Positions 40,493-48,256 of a stretch of DNA of 64,000 nucleotides are shown piece after piece; position 1 is the stretch's first letter, and every line of letters begins with the position of its first letter. The notes under the pieces are model-generated. The model saw nothing but the letters and a program-made list of their open reading frames with translations, did no database searches and was not told the origin of the DNA. The DNA is from a virus. Both the position numbers and the translations under genes were made by a program. The DNA lies in the IMG/VR virus record IMGVR_UViG_3300020370_000002, positions 18,806 to 82,805 of that record. One strand, 5' to 3'.

Positions 40493-40778
40493 GTAATTCA
40501 TCCTCCAATTTAAATAATAAACAACACATCGCATGGGCTAGATGCGATAGTCCAGTTTCTTCGTCTAACTGCTCTCCGTCCATGTGGGCAAAGATATGTC
40601 TTAGTGCAGCGCTTGTATATCTATTTTGTAGATCATCTACTTTACGCCAGTTTTCGGCATCATACTTCTCTGCTCCGTATGTTAATACTTTTCCTACTTC
40701 TAATATAGACTTTGGAGGAAGTAAGTATAGCTTTGGTTTTTCACTATCAAACTTTCTACCTTGTGATTCTTTGTTCAT
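40410..40778 (-). CDS. dATP/dGTP diphosphohydrolase domain protein (DUF5664-like)
   Basis: KFDSEKP...VLTYGAEKY..ENW...AALRH...DEETGLSHLAHA. Confidence 0.85.
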   Translation of the reverse strand: MNKESQGRKFDSEKPKLYLLPPKSILEVGKVLTYGAEKYDAENWRKVDDLQNRYTSAALRHIFAHMDGEQLDEETGLSHLAHAMCCLLFKLEDELLGKGEEERTREVDSGKYTTRDNPFEFG

Positions 40779-41325
40779 AATCTGCTTCCTGTTCGTTCCA
40801 CCAAGGAGGCTTCTCTCGATACTTCCAAGAAGCAAACGTTGCTTTGTCTTTGTGATAAAATCTACGGTATGCGTCTATGGCGTCTGATCCTTTAAGTTCA
40901 TCTGGCATAGCTTGTGCAAATGGAGTAAGTCCCAGTGGTGGTGTTCGTATGCTGGGGAGCTTGAGTATAACATCATGCACTGATTTATGGCTTTTTCCGT
41001 ATCTGTAAGTGTACTCTTCGTCCAATGCGAGGGCGTAGCAAAACAACCACTCATAGTTATCGAGGCTACTCCTAGCCCATATCGTGCAGGGGTGGTTATG
41101 CATTGTAGGAAGGTACGGGAAGTCTCTTGGTTCATTTGTTTTTTTCTCCCGTAAAAGGGCGAGTTCTTCTTTTGTAAGTTTTCGAGGAACAAAACCCAAG
41201 TATTTATCTACCCAATGATTTGTGCACAGCATTTGAGCTGCCTCAAGAGGCATTTTGACTATATGCTTGTCAACGTGGTACTCTGCACACTTGTCATGGT
41301 TTTCGTCAAGTATAAAAATATTCAT
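40756..41325 (-). CDS. Pyrimidine-dimer glycosylase-like (DenV superfamily) protein
   Basis: MNIFILD, DKHIVKMPLEAAQML, HNHPCTIW, YRYGKSH, FAQAMPD. Confidence 0.75.
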   Translation of the reverse strand: MNIFILDENHDKCAEYHVDKHIVKMPLEAAQMLCTNHWVDKYLGFVPRKLTKEELALLREKKTNEPRDFPYLPTMHNHPCTIWARSSLDNYEWLFCYALALDEEYTYRYGKSHKSVHDVILKLPSIRTPPLGLTPFAQAMPDELKGSDAIDAYRRFYHKDKATFASWKYREKPPWWNEQEADYEQRITR

Positions 41326-41331
41326 GCAACT

Positions 41332-41360
41332 ATTATACTAATAAATGTATATAATGTCAA
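41332..41360 (-). promoter_or_regulatory. Sigma70-type promoter, leaderless start
   Basis: TTGACA-17-TATAAT-6 nt-ATG (41325). Confidence 0.85.
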
Positions 41361-41503
41361 GATTTTTTTCGACTTTTGGCCCTCATTGCTTCTACATCAA
41401 ATTCTTTTTGCCACGGCCAATATCCTGTTGCTTTTTTATCTCCATACGCTGCTCCCAATAGTAATACTACTGGTAGACTAAGTATTAATAGAATGAAGGT
41501 CAT
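41357..41503 (-). CDS. 48-aa membrane protein (not in ORF track)
   Basis: MTFILLILSLPVVLLLGAAYGDKKATGYWPWQK... Confidence 0.5.
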   Translation of the reverse strand: MTFILLILSLPVVLLLGAAYGDKKATGYWPWQKEFDVEAMRAKSRKKS

Positions 41504-42161
41504 CTACTGCTTTCCTTACGCTTGGGAAGTGGTCACCAATTATACTCCAACATCGATCTGCTATGTCAGCGTGCTCTTGCTGAGTTCCATTAGCTCTACG
41601 AAGCTCACAATAGTGAATCCAACTACGAAGTGTTCCTGCCATATATAAAGTAGTACCGCTCATTCCTTCTGGAAGAAGTGCTCTTGCTTGTTCCTTTGCA
41701 ATGCCGTCCTCTAAAGCTTCCTCATATGCTTTTCTTGTTAAGTGCAAGACGTTCTGCTGAGCCATAGAGAAACGTTCATTTATTCTACGGTGGCATTGAT
41801 TTTTATAGTCCATAGAAATACTATTTTGTCTATTTTTCTCATCCTGAAGTCTTGCTTCTCTTATTTCAAAAACATTAGTCACAGCGTATCTCTGGCTAAA
41901 CTCTTGAAAAGAGAAGCTTCGATGACGTACTATCTGGTGGGAGATATCTCGTGTTGTCTGTATTTCCATGGTAATGGATACCATTTCAAACGGACTCCAG
42001 TGACCATGTTTGATTAAGTACTTCAACAGTCCTGGAGCTGTTTTATTATTGTTTTGATTTTCAGGGTTACTTACTCTTGCACAGTAAGCTATAAATTCAT
42101 CCGCCGTATTACATCCTGTACTTGCACTCGGCTTGCTTAGAGCTACTAAAGCTACATTCAT
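41478..42161 (-). CDS. thyX: Flavin-dependent thymidylate synthase
   Basis: GHWSPFE, RHRSFSFQEFSQRY, EQARALLP. Confidence 0.96.
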   Translation of the reverse strand: MNVALVALSKPSASTGCNTADEFIAYCARVSNPENQNNNKTAPGLLKYLIKHGHWSPFEMVSITMEIQTTRDISHQIVRHRSFSFQEFSQRYAVTNVFEIREARLQDEKNRQNSISMDYKNQCHRRINERFSMAQQNVLHLTRKAYEEALEDGIAKEQARALLPEGMSGTTLYMAGTLRSWIHYCELRRANGTQQEHADIADRCWSIIGDHFPSVRKAVDDLHSINT

Positions 42162-42607
42162 TAAACATTTTCCAATCTAGTCATTAATCTTTCTGCTCGT
42201 TGTGTTACTTGCTTGTACCAACGGGAGTCCCTCCCTTCAACAGCAGCCCTTTTCCAGTCTTCTGCCCATAAGGCTTTATTCATATTCTTAAATTTGGACA
42301 GTCTGGGTCTGCCCATGTTAAACATCATATTGACCAGGATCTGCTGGACTTCGTCGGGGAAGCTTCTAAAAGTCCCTTCTCCGTATAGAGTACAACACTC
42401 TCTGATGGCAATGTTAAGGTCTCTAGCGAAACACGTCCTGACTCGTTCTTCAGTAACTGGTGTTCCAGTCGGCCTTCCGAATTCCTCGTCACTTTCGACG
42501 ATAAGATGACCGACGCCAAAGGTTGGATAGCCGAGGTGGTCATTGTAGATTCCATATACTACTCCTTCATCAATCTTGAGTTGCTCGTAAACTGCTTCTC
42601 TATTCAC
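42161..42607 (-). CDS. Endolysin, T4-lysozyme-like (GH24)
   Basis: DEG...Y.DHLGYPTFGVGHL, NMMFNMG, DSRWYKQV..RA. Confidence 0.9.
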   Translation of the reverse strand: MNREAVYEQLKIDEGVVYGIYNDHLGYPTFGVGHLIVESDEEFGRPTGTPVTEERVRTCFARDLNIAIRECCTLYGEGTFRSFPDEVQQILVNMMFNMGRPRLSKFKNMNKALWAEDWKRAAVEGRDSRWYKQVTQRAERLMTRLENV

Positions 42608-42780
42608 ATCATTTTCCCACTAGGATCAAGTAAGTGGCGTTTAATCCACCCTTCGATCTGCTTTTTTTGTTTCTCTACTTCTTCTGCTTGAGACATTACT
42701 TTTGCCTCAAGGTCATCAATTCTTTTTTCTTGAAAGCGAAGTCTGTCGCTCTGCATCTCTATTTCGTACTGACCTTTCAT
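42604..42780 (-). CDS. Small coiled-coil protein
   Basis: Coupled ORF. Confidence 0.5.
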   Translation of the reverse strand: MKGQYEIEMQSDRLRFQEKRIDDLEAKVMSQAEEVEKQKKQIEGWIKRHLLDPSGKMM

Positions 42781-43031
42781 TATGCTACCCTTACTAAATC
42801 CCAATTCATTGGTTCATGTGATTTAATTTCAACCACGTTCTTATCAATATCTATAAATTTTATAATGTTAGGTTTCAAACTAATTATCTCTCTAACATTA
42901 TAAAACTTTGGTGTACGCATATACATAGCTTTTCCATCTTCATCTATGCCTGTTACACTTCCAAAGTATATGGTTAACTTGTACTCTTGGTAAAATAAAC
43001 TTTTCCACCAAGCTATAATTTTATCAATCAT
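42780..43031 (-). CDS. Hypothetical protein
   Basis: Coupled ORF starting MIDKIIAWWK. Confidence 0.55.
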   Translation of the reverse strand: MIDKIIAWWKSLFYQEYKLTIYFGSVTGIDEDGKAMYMRTPKFYNVREIISLKPNIIKFIDIDKNVVEIKSHEPMNWDLVRVA

Positions 43032-43431
43032 TTTTCTCAAGCCATTCCTCTGCTTCATCGGCAGCATTTGTAGCTTTTCTATAGTACAATATAATTTCTT
43101 TTTGTTGCCGTATATACCTACGAATCTCTTGTAAATTATATGCCATGTTCTCATAGCCTTTTGGAGTAAGAGCCATTACTACAAAATCTCCACCCAATAG
43201 ACCCTCTACTTTTGCTACTGACTCTTCCCAGTTATCCTTTGTGATTACAAACCATGCTACATCCTCTAAGCCTATCTCATTAGGTAAAGGAGGTTGGTAT
43301 ATATCAACTTTAACTTCTTCCGTGATTACTTTTACAGGGGGAGGTGGTGTAAAGTCTACTTTCGGTAATACACTACATCCACTACTTAACGCTATCGTAA
43401 ACGCGCTCACTAGCACTATCGTCGGCTTCAT
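43024..43431 (-). CDS. Outer-membrane spanin-like lipoprotein (Rz1-like)
   Basis: Lipobox SSGC; Pro-rich; YENMAYNLQEIRRYI; overlaps the i-spanin gene. Confidence 0.7.
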   Translation of the reverse strand: MKPTIVLVSAFTIALSSGCSVLPKVDFTPPPPVKVITEEVKVDIYQPPLPNEIGLEDVAWFVITKDNWEESVAKVEGLLGGDFVVMALTPKGYENMAYNLQEIRRYIRQQKEIILYYRKATNAADEAEEWLEKND

Positions 43432-43834
43432 CTAATTCCCTACTATCTGCTTCCACTTGTCGGAACACATCTTTTGTGCCCTTATTTATCCGTGGTTCAA
43501 TAAGTCCTGGCTTTCTACGAGCCAGATTTGTTAAATTGTGTTTTTTAAAAATACTTAAGTATTGCTGTTTTTCAGCTTCTAATTTACTATTCTTATTTGT
43601 TAGGTCTGCAAACGCTTGAGCCTGCTGCTTCATTTGTTTCTCTAACTTACGAATAGTGCTTTCGTTAGTCTGTGCTGCGGTTTGAAGAGCCACATTTTGT
43701 TGTGTTGCTGCTGCAATCTCCATTTGTTGTTCGGTGATGCGGTTATCCTTCGCATTGATTTGTATTTTGTGATAAGCAAAACCAGCACCACCTACAACTA
43801 GGATGATTGGAAGCATTTTTATCATTCCAAACAT
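43382..43834 (-). CDS. Inner-membrane spanin-like protein (Rz-like)
   Basis: N-terminal TM plus coiled coil, KPGLIEPRIN. Confidence 0.7.
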   Translation of the reverse strand: MFGMIKMLPIILVVGGAGFAYHKIQINAKDNRITEQQMEIAAATQQNVALQTAAQTNESTIRKLEKQMKQQAQAFADLTNKNSKLEAEKQQYLSIFKKHNLTNLARRKPGLIEPRINKGTKDVFRQVEADSRELDEADDSASERVYDSVK

Positions 43835-43850
43835 ACTATTTACCTTTTAC

Positions 43851-44129
43851 TTACAATTCTGTAAGTGTTCTAACGCCTGATTGTCGATTCAGCTCGCAGA
43901 GTATTTTCTGGTTGCCTTCGGGAAAGTATACCATAAACTGCATCTGGAATCCCGCTCCTCGATCTTTTATTTTTTTCAAAAGATAACGCGAAGCTCCGAC
44001 ATATTCTGATTTTACTTCTTGTTTACACAGATTAAATGCTTTATTTTTATCTATTGCTTTGGCATTTACAGGTAGTGCGACTAGTAGGGCTAGGGTTCCT
44101 ATTCCTATTAAGGATAGAACTCGTTTCAT
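43851..44129 (-). CDS. Secreted small protein
   Basis: Signal peptide (VNA-KA), two Cys, AAGGAG RBS. Confidence 0.6.
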   Translation of the reverse strand: MKRVLSLIGIGTLALLVALPVNAKAIDKNKAFNLCKQEVKSEYVGASRYLLKKIKDRGAGFQMQFMVYFPEGNQKILCELNRQSGVRTLTEL

Positions 44130-44206
44130 ACTTCTTTTCTCCTTTTATCTTGGCATCGTTGCCAGTTTTGCTACTTTCATTTGCCCAATAAAAATAGCGG
44201 TATGAG

Positions 44207-44368
44207 TCAGAGAGGTACCTCGTCTTCGTCAACGTCAAGATGACCGTTGTCAACGAGGTAGTCTACGGCATGTTGGATTCCGACTCTGCGTCCAACATAC
44301 CAGCAATGTGCTCCACACCCTATTAAACATAGGGAAAACACGACGAAAGCTGCTATCGTAGTTTCCAA
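44207..44368 (-). CDS. 53-aa membrane protein (not in ORF track)
   Basis: AAGGAG + TTG; METTIAAFVVFSLCLIGCGAHCWYVGRRVGIQHAVDYLVDNGHLDVDEDEVPL. Confidence 0.65.
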   Translation of the reverse strand: METTIAAFVVFSLCLIGCGAHCWYVGRRVGIQHAVDYLVDNGHLDVDEDEVPL

Positions 44369-44408
44369 TTTACTCTCCTTTTGAATTTATAATTTTCAGA
44401 ATGTAGAT

Positions 44409-44437
44409 ATTATACTTCATATGACATAAAATGTCAA
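44409..44437 (-). promoter_or_regulatory. Sigma70-type promoter (lysis/thyX operon)
   Basis: TTGACA-17-TATAAT. Confidence 0.85.
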
Positions 44438-44472
44438 GAAAAATTTTTAGAATGTACTTTAAAAAATAATTC

Positions 44473-44501
44473 TTGACATTCGTACTTGTTTTGTGTATAA
44501 T
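44473..44501 (+). promoter_or_regulatory. Divergent sigma70-type promoter, leaderless start
   Basis: TTGACA-17-TATAAT-6 nt-ATG (44508). Confidence 0.85.
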
Positions 44502-44507
44502 ATCACA

Positions 44508-44693
44508 ATGAGAAAATATATAAAAAGACCTTGGAGCAAGGAAGAAAGGACAGTATTATCACAGTATTACTACTTAAAATCTATAGAAGAAATACAACTA
44601 CTACTTCCTGAACGCACTCCAAATGCAATAAGAAAGCAAGTTTTATACTTAAGAAAACGAGGATGGCGATTTAAGCGTGAAAGTAAAGGTTAG
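44508..44693 (+). CDS. Small Myb/SANT-like HTH protein
   Basis: PWSKEE..VL..YY....IEEI...LPERT.NAIRKQ. Confidence 0.65.
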   Translation: MRKYIKRPWSKEERTVLSQYYYLKSIEEIQLLLPERTPNAIRKQVLYLRKRGWRFKRESKG

Positions 44694-44886
44694 AAACAAT
44701 AACATAGAAAATGCAATACGTGTTTTCAAAAAGAAGTGTAGCGAGGTAATATTTGAATACCGAGAAAAAGAATACTACGAAAAGCCCAGTGCAAAACGAC
44801 ACAGAGCTAAGCAGTCTGCTAAAGCAAGAGAACAACGAAGACAGCGAAAAGATGAGATTCTCACCAGAGGAAATAGAAAATTCTAA
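44677..44886 (+). CDS. rpsU: Ribosomal protein bS21
   Basis: V.VRNNNIENAIRVFKKK...REKEYYEKPSAKR. Confidence 0.9.
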   Translation: MKVKVRNNNIENAIRVFKKKCSEVIFEYREKEYYEKPSAKRHRAKQSAKAREQRRQRKDEILTRGNRKF

Positions 44887-45142
44887 AAGAATATTTAAGT
44901 CTGCTACTCCGAAATACACGGTTGATTGGTACGTTAAGTGGGCTTCTTCAATCATTCTTATTTGTGCAATATCTATCCGATCAGCGCAAATAAGCCCTTT
45001 TATTGACCTCGTACTGTCTTTTATAGGTATGATAGGTTGGACTTATGTGAGTTTAGTATGGAAGGACAGAGCGTTAATACTAGTGAACGGAATAGCAATG
45101 GTACTATTAGGAACAGGACTACTGCGTCATTTCGCGGGATGA
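44852..45142 (+). CDS. Membrane protein
   Basis: DWYVKWASS...WKDRALILVN; three TM segments. Confidence 0.65.
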   Translation: MRFSPEEIENSKRIFKSATPKYTVDWYVKWASSIILICAISIRSAQISPFIDLVLSFIGMIGWTYVSLVWKDRALILVNGIAMVLLGTGLLRHFAG

Positions 45143-45315
45143 AAAATTTATTTAAACGTCAGAAGAACTGGAAAGACCCAGACCCTGACGAGGTCTCCAT
45201 TGATAACGCCTACAAGACGCGTTGGATATGGTATCACACAATTTTAGCACTAGAGCTACTGATGGTAAATATACTACTCGTAGCGATATTAATAGTGTTA
45301 GCAGTTAAACTTTAG
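45139..45315 (+). CDS. Small membrane protein
   Basis: NAYKTRWIWYHTILALEL plus a TM segment. Confidence 0.6.
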   Translation: MKNLFKRQKNWKDPDPDEVSIDNAYKTRWIWYHTILALELLMVNILLVAILIVLAVKL

Positions 45316-45323
45316 GAGGTATT

Positions 45324-45731
45324 ATGGCAGCTTTTGGAAGCACTAATTTTGAATTAGTTGGAGACTTTATGGAATCAATGGATCAAGACATTCATCTTGA
45401 TCCTGAGTTTCCAGAGGAGCATATTCAAAGGCTTCGAATAAATTTAATAGAAGAAGAACTTGATGAGCTTCAGTTGGCTGTGGACAATCAAGATATGGTT
45501 GAAGTCGCAGACGCACTTACTGATCTTCTGTACGTTGTGTACGGAGCAGGTCATGCGTTCGGAATCGACTTAGATGAATGTTTCTGCGAAGTACACCGAA
45601 GCAATCTGAGTAAACTTGGTCCTGATTTTAAGCCAATAAAAAGGGAAGATGGTAAGGTTCTCAAACCTGACACATACTCCCCTCCAAATCTTAAAATGGT
45701 ACTATTTCAGGACGACTGCTACTCTGAGTAG
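45324..45731 (+). CDS. MazG-like / PRA-PH nucleotide pyrophosphohydrolase
   Basis: LIEEELDEL, EVADALTDLLYV, EVHRSNLSK, REDGKVLK. Confidence 0.88.
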   Translation: MAAFGSTNFELVGDFMESMDQDIHLDPEFPEEHIQRLRINLIEEELDELQLAVDNQDMVEVADALTDLLYVVYGAGHAFGIDLDECFCEVHRSNLSKLGPDFKPIKREDGKVLKPDTYSPPNLKMVLFQDDCYSE

Positions 45732-46165
45732 AAATGGTGATCGCCGATTGTCGTTTTATGACTATATGCGTCAGCCCAGTACGGATCTACATTCTTTGCA
45801 TGATACCAATATACGTTATCATCTAATACTGGTGAATCTTTTTTCTTTAACCTTACATATGCAATCATAGTACATAGGTTAAATACTGCTTTTGTTCTTG
45901 GAGTATCGGATTTGCCGTCGCAATACCAGCTAAATTGACAAATCCATTTTCCTCCTGTATTCTTTCGTTGCTTTACTACTTCACAAACTGTACTTGGCCA
46001 CCTCGAATCTCTTACCCGATTCAAAGTTACGTCTGCTACCGCGTACATACCTTGTATCGACTGGTTTCGAGCTTCCCAATAGATGTTTTCTGCTAGACAT
46101 TTTACTTCGTCCGCCATTAAAGAACCACTTGCCATCAATAGAATGGCTACTACTATTCCTTTCAT
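45719..46165 (-). CDS. SleB-like cell wall hydrolase with signal peptide
   Basis: CLAENIYWEARNQ, V.LNRV, CEVVKQ, CQFSWYCDGKSD, IGDHHFY. Confidence 0.9.
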   Translation of the reverse strand: MKGIVVAILLMASGSLMADEVKCLAENIYWEARNQSIQGMYAVADVTLNRVRDSRWPSTVCEVVKQRKNTGGKWICQFSWYCDGKSDTPRTKAVFNLCTMIAYVRLKKKDSPVLDDNVYWYHAKNVDPYWADAYSHKTTIGDHHFYSE

Positions 46166-46349
46166 ATTGGAACTCCATTATCATCTTAGCCTCTGGCTTT
46201 TGCTGCAATGTGTTCTGCTTCTGTTACACGAGGCGAGTTGGGCTTTCTCTTCGCACGATAACTTCCGTGTGAAACTGTCTTTCTTCCGTTTCTGCGCATC
46301 TTGATGAGTGTTGCTCTACTCCAGCTTTTATCTACTACTTGTTTTGACA

Positions 46350-46547
46350 TTAAAATGCCTCCGATTGTTTGAATGATGTTGTTACTTGCTCTTTCTTCTT
46401 TCTTTCTAACAGCCAGTTGTAAACACTATCTGGCATGTCCATTGTACTTCTACATAGAGCCATTGCTTCTATCCACTTTAGACCATCTTGTTGCATACCA
46501 CCAACAATAATCATCCAGTCGAACTGTTCATTAGTAATCATATCCAC
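46350..46547 (-). CDS. Hypothetical protein
   Basis: AGGAG RBS with GTG/ATG start. Confidence 0.5.
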   Translation of the reverse strand: MDMITNEQFDWMIIVGGMQQDGLKWIEAMALCRSTMDMPDSVYNWLLERKKKEQVTTSFKQSEAF

Positions 46548-46555
46548 TTTGTCTC

Positions 46556-46894
46556 CTAACAGTAATAAGGTCGTTCTTCGGGGAAGGCTTTTGCAGGATG
46601 ATCTTCGATTCTTGCTCTCAGATTTGATCGTCCCCATACTCCGCCTACCATTAAAAAGTTGTCATCTCCGTTACCTTCTGGATCTACACCATCGTGCTCT
46701 CCATAACCCATCGAGTACTCACCTTTCATCTTTTGGAAGCGTTTGTTTAGTGCTTCCTGTCTTTCTTGCATTCTCTTGAGGTCTCGATTCAAAAACTTCT
46801 CTGACTCTACTGGAGTTCCAACTGTATACCACCAACCACCTTCTTCTGAGCCGCCATACGCTTGCCCTATTTCATAAATGTTTAGATATTTCAT
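46556..46894 (-). CDS. Hypothetical protein
   Basis: YGGSEEGGWWY motif; C-terminal RPYYC. Confidence 0.65.
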   Translation of the reverse strand: MKYLNIYEIGQAYGGSEEGGWWYTVGTPVESEKFLNRDLKRMQERQEALNKRFQKMKGEYSMGYGEHDGVDPEGNGDDNFLMVGGVWGRSNLRARIEDHPAKAFPEERPYYC

Positions 46895-47028
46895 GTGTAC
46901 TTTCCCTTATGTTTTCGATAACCACGCTTTCCTCTTTTCTTTCGGTCTACCTCTTTTCTACCGCGAAAGGGGCTGTCCTTATCAAAAAGAATAAAGTGGT
47001 ATGTTGTTCTGTGTCTTTTATTTTTCAT
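46891..47028 (-). CDS. 45-aa basic protein, ArfA-like candidate (not in ORF track)
   Basis: MKNKRHRTTYHFILFDKDSPFRGRKEVDRKKRGKRGYRKHKGKYT; leaderless from the promoter at 47036-47064; ATGA coupling to the next gene. Confidence 0.6.
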   Translation of the reverse strand: MKNKRHRTTYHFILFDKDSPFRGRKEVDRKKRGKRGYRKHKGKYT

Positions 47029-47035
47029 ACGAAGT

Positions 47036-47064
47036 ATTATACTCGCAAACACTCCGTATGTCAA
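47036..47064 (-). promoter_or_regulatory. Sigma70-type promoter, leaderless start
   Basis: TTGACA-17-TATAAT-7 nt-ATG. Confidence 0.85.
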
Positions 47065-47067
47065 GAA

Positions 47068-47670
47068 TTATTTTTTCGCAACTCTAATTATTGTCTTGAG
47101 GGCTGACTTGATTCCCTTCTTTTTGTTGTTGTAATCAAGAACGTGCCATTCACTATCTACTACTCGTTCCTTGAGAAGCGTCATGCTATCGTAGTACGAC
47201 AGTGCATTTTCGTCATTCTCTGAGAACTTCCAGTAGGTGAGAGGAGAGTTTTTTCTGTTGTCTATTCTAGCTCTCTGCTCTTCCTCTGTGATGGACAGCC
47301 ATAGCTTGATAATCTTCACGTCTTGGAAGGATTCCCACATCTTGTAGCCTTGCAAAAACTCTCTGTACTGATCTTCTGTGCACCAGTTGTTGAGTCTCTG
47401 AACCATAGCTCGTGAGTACCAAGACCTGTCATAGAATACGATCTGACCTTTTGCTGGCATCTTTGTTTGCCAATGACCTAGCCAGTTCTCCATAGTTTGT
47501 TTACTTGGCTTTGTTGAAGGGACAACAGAGTACCATGCAGGGGATAAGTATTGGGTCAAAGCTCTAATCGTACTTGACTTTCCAGCCGTGTCTCTGCCTT
47601 CTAATACTACTGCAATGCCTTTGTTGTTGTTTGCTGCGATCTGATTTAGTTTTGCTAATAATTTTTTCAT
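47068..47670 (-). CDS. ppk2: Polyphosphate kinase 2
   Basis: EGRDTAGKSS, FYDRSWY, KLWLSI..EEQ..R, PLTYWK.S..D. Confidence 0.92.
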   Translation of the reverse strand: MKKLLAKLNQIAANNNKGIAVVLEGRDTAGKSSTIRALTQYLSPAWYSVVPSTKPSKQTMENWLGHWQTKMPAKGQIVFYDRSWYSRAMVQRLNNWCTEDQYREFLQGYKMWESFQDVKIIKLWLSITEEEQRARIDNRKNSPLTYWKFSENDENALSYYDSMTLLKERVVDSEWHVLDYNNKKKGIKSALKTIIRVAKK

Positions 47671-47676
47671 GTTTGT

Positions 47677-47705
47677 ATTATCTCACCATTTAGCGAGAAT
47701 GTCAA
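47677..47705 (-). promoter_or_regulatory. Sigma70-type promoter, leaderless start
   Basis: TTGACA-17-GATAAT-6 nt-ATG. Confidence 0.8.
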
Positions 47706-47802
47706 GCGTTATTTTCCATTTACTACAAGAAATATAAAACTTTTTTTCGTTTGCTGAAGCGTGTCCAGAACTATAAGTTTACTACATAGGCAAAAAAATT
47801 AT

Positions 47803-47831
47803 TTGACGTATGCCAAAAAGTGTGATAAAAT
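47803..47831 (+). promoter_or_regulatory. Sigma70-type promoter facing an ORF-free structured region
   Basis: TTGACG-17-TAAAAT with the same A-tract context as the other promoters. Confidence 0.7.
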
Positions 47832-47837
47832 ATATGA

Positions 47838-48250
47838 AAAATCGTAAGATGATTTGATCAATCGACTGTTTTTACAAACCTATGGTGATGAAAATATCTT
47901 GAAATATGTATGCGATTGGAGTGGAATCGGAATTAAGGGAGATTCCATCTCCAAACCCATAAAATTATTGAAGTGATATTGAATCGCCTACATACAAGCA
48001 ATCGTCAATTCGATTGTAATGATTTTCGATCACTTACTTATGACTTCGTAAATTACGATAACCCAATACGGGTTTTTAACCTACTAACGATGTAAGTGGA
48101 AATTCGCCTTAATTTTGCCAAAGTCGCGATGGGTCAAAAGAGATAAAGGACTTTGTGTAATTTTAAGGGATTATTCTTAGGCGATCAACCATCCGATAAG
48201 AATGAAAGGTATAGAGCATACACAGCAGATCGTTACTGCATAGATAAAAA
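47838..48250 (+). ncRNA. Candidate ~400-nt structured ncRNA (unknown family)
   Basis: No ORF of 60 aa or more on either strand; own promoter; many nested inverted repeats. Confidence 0.55.
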
Positions 48251-48256
48251 TTTTTT

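Noticed and set aside
44160-44200. c-di-GMP riboswitch suggested by GGGCAAA
   Set aside because: The second conserved element and tetraloop-receptor stem are absent; the sequence folds as a simple hairpin.
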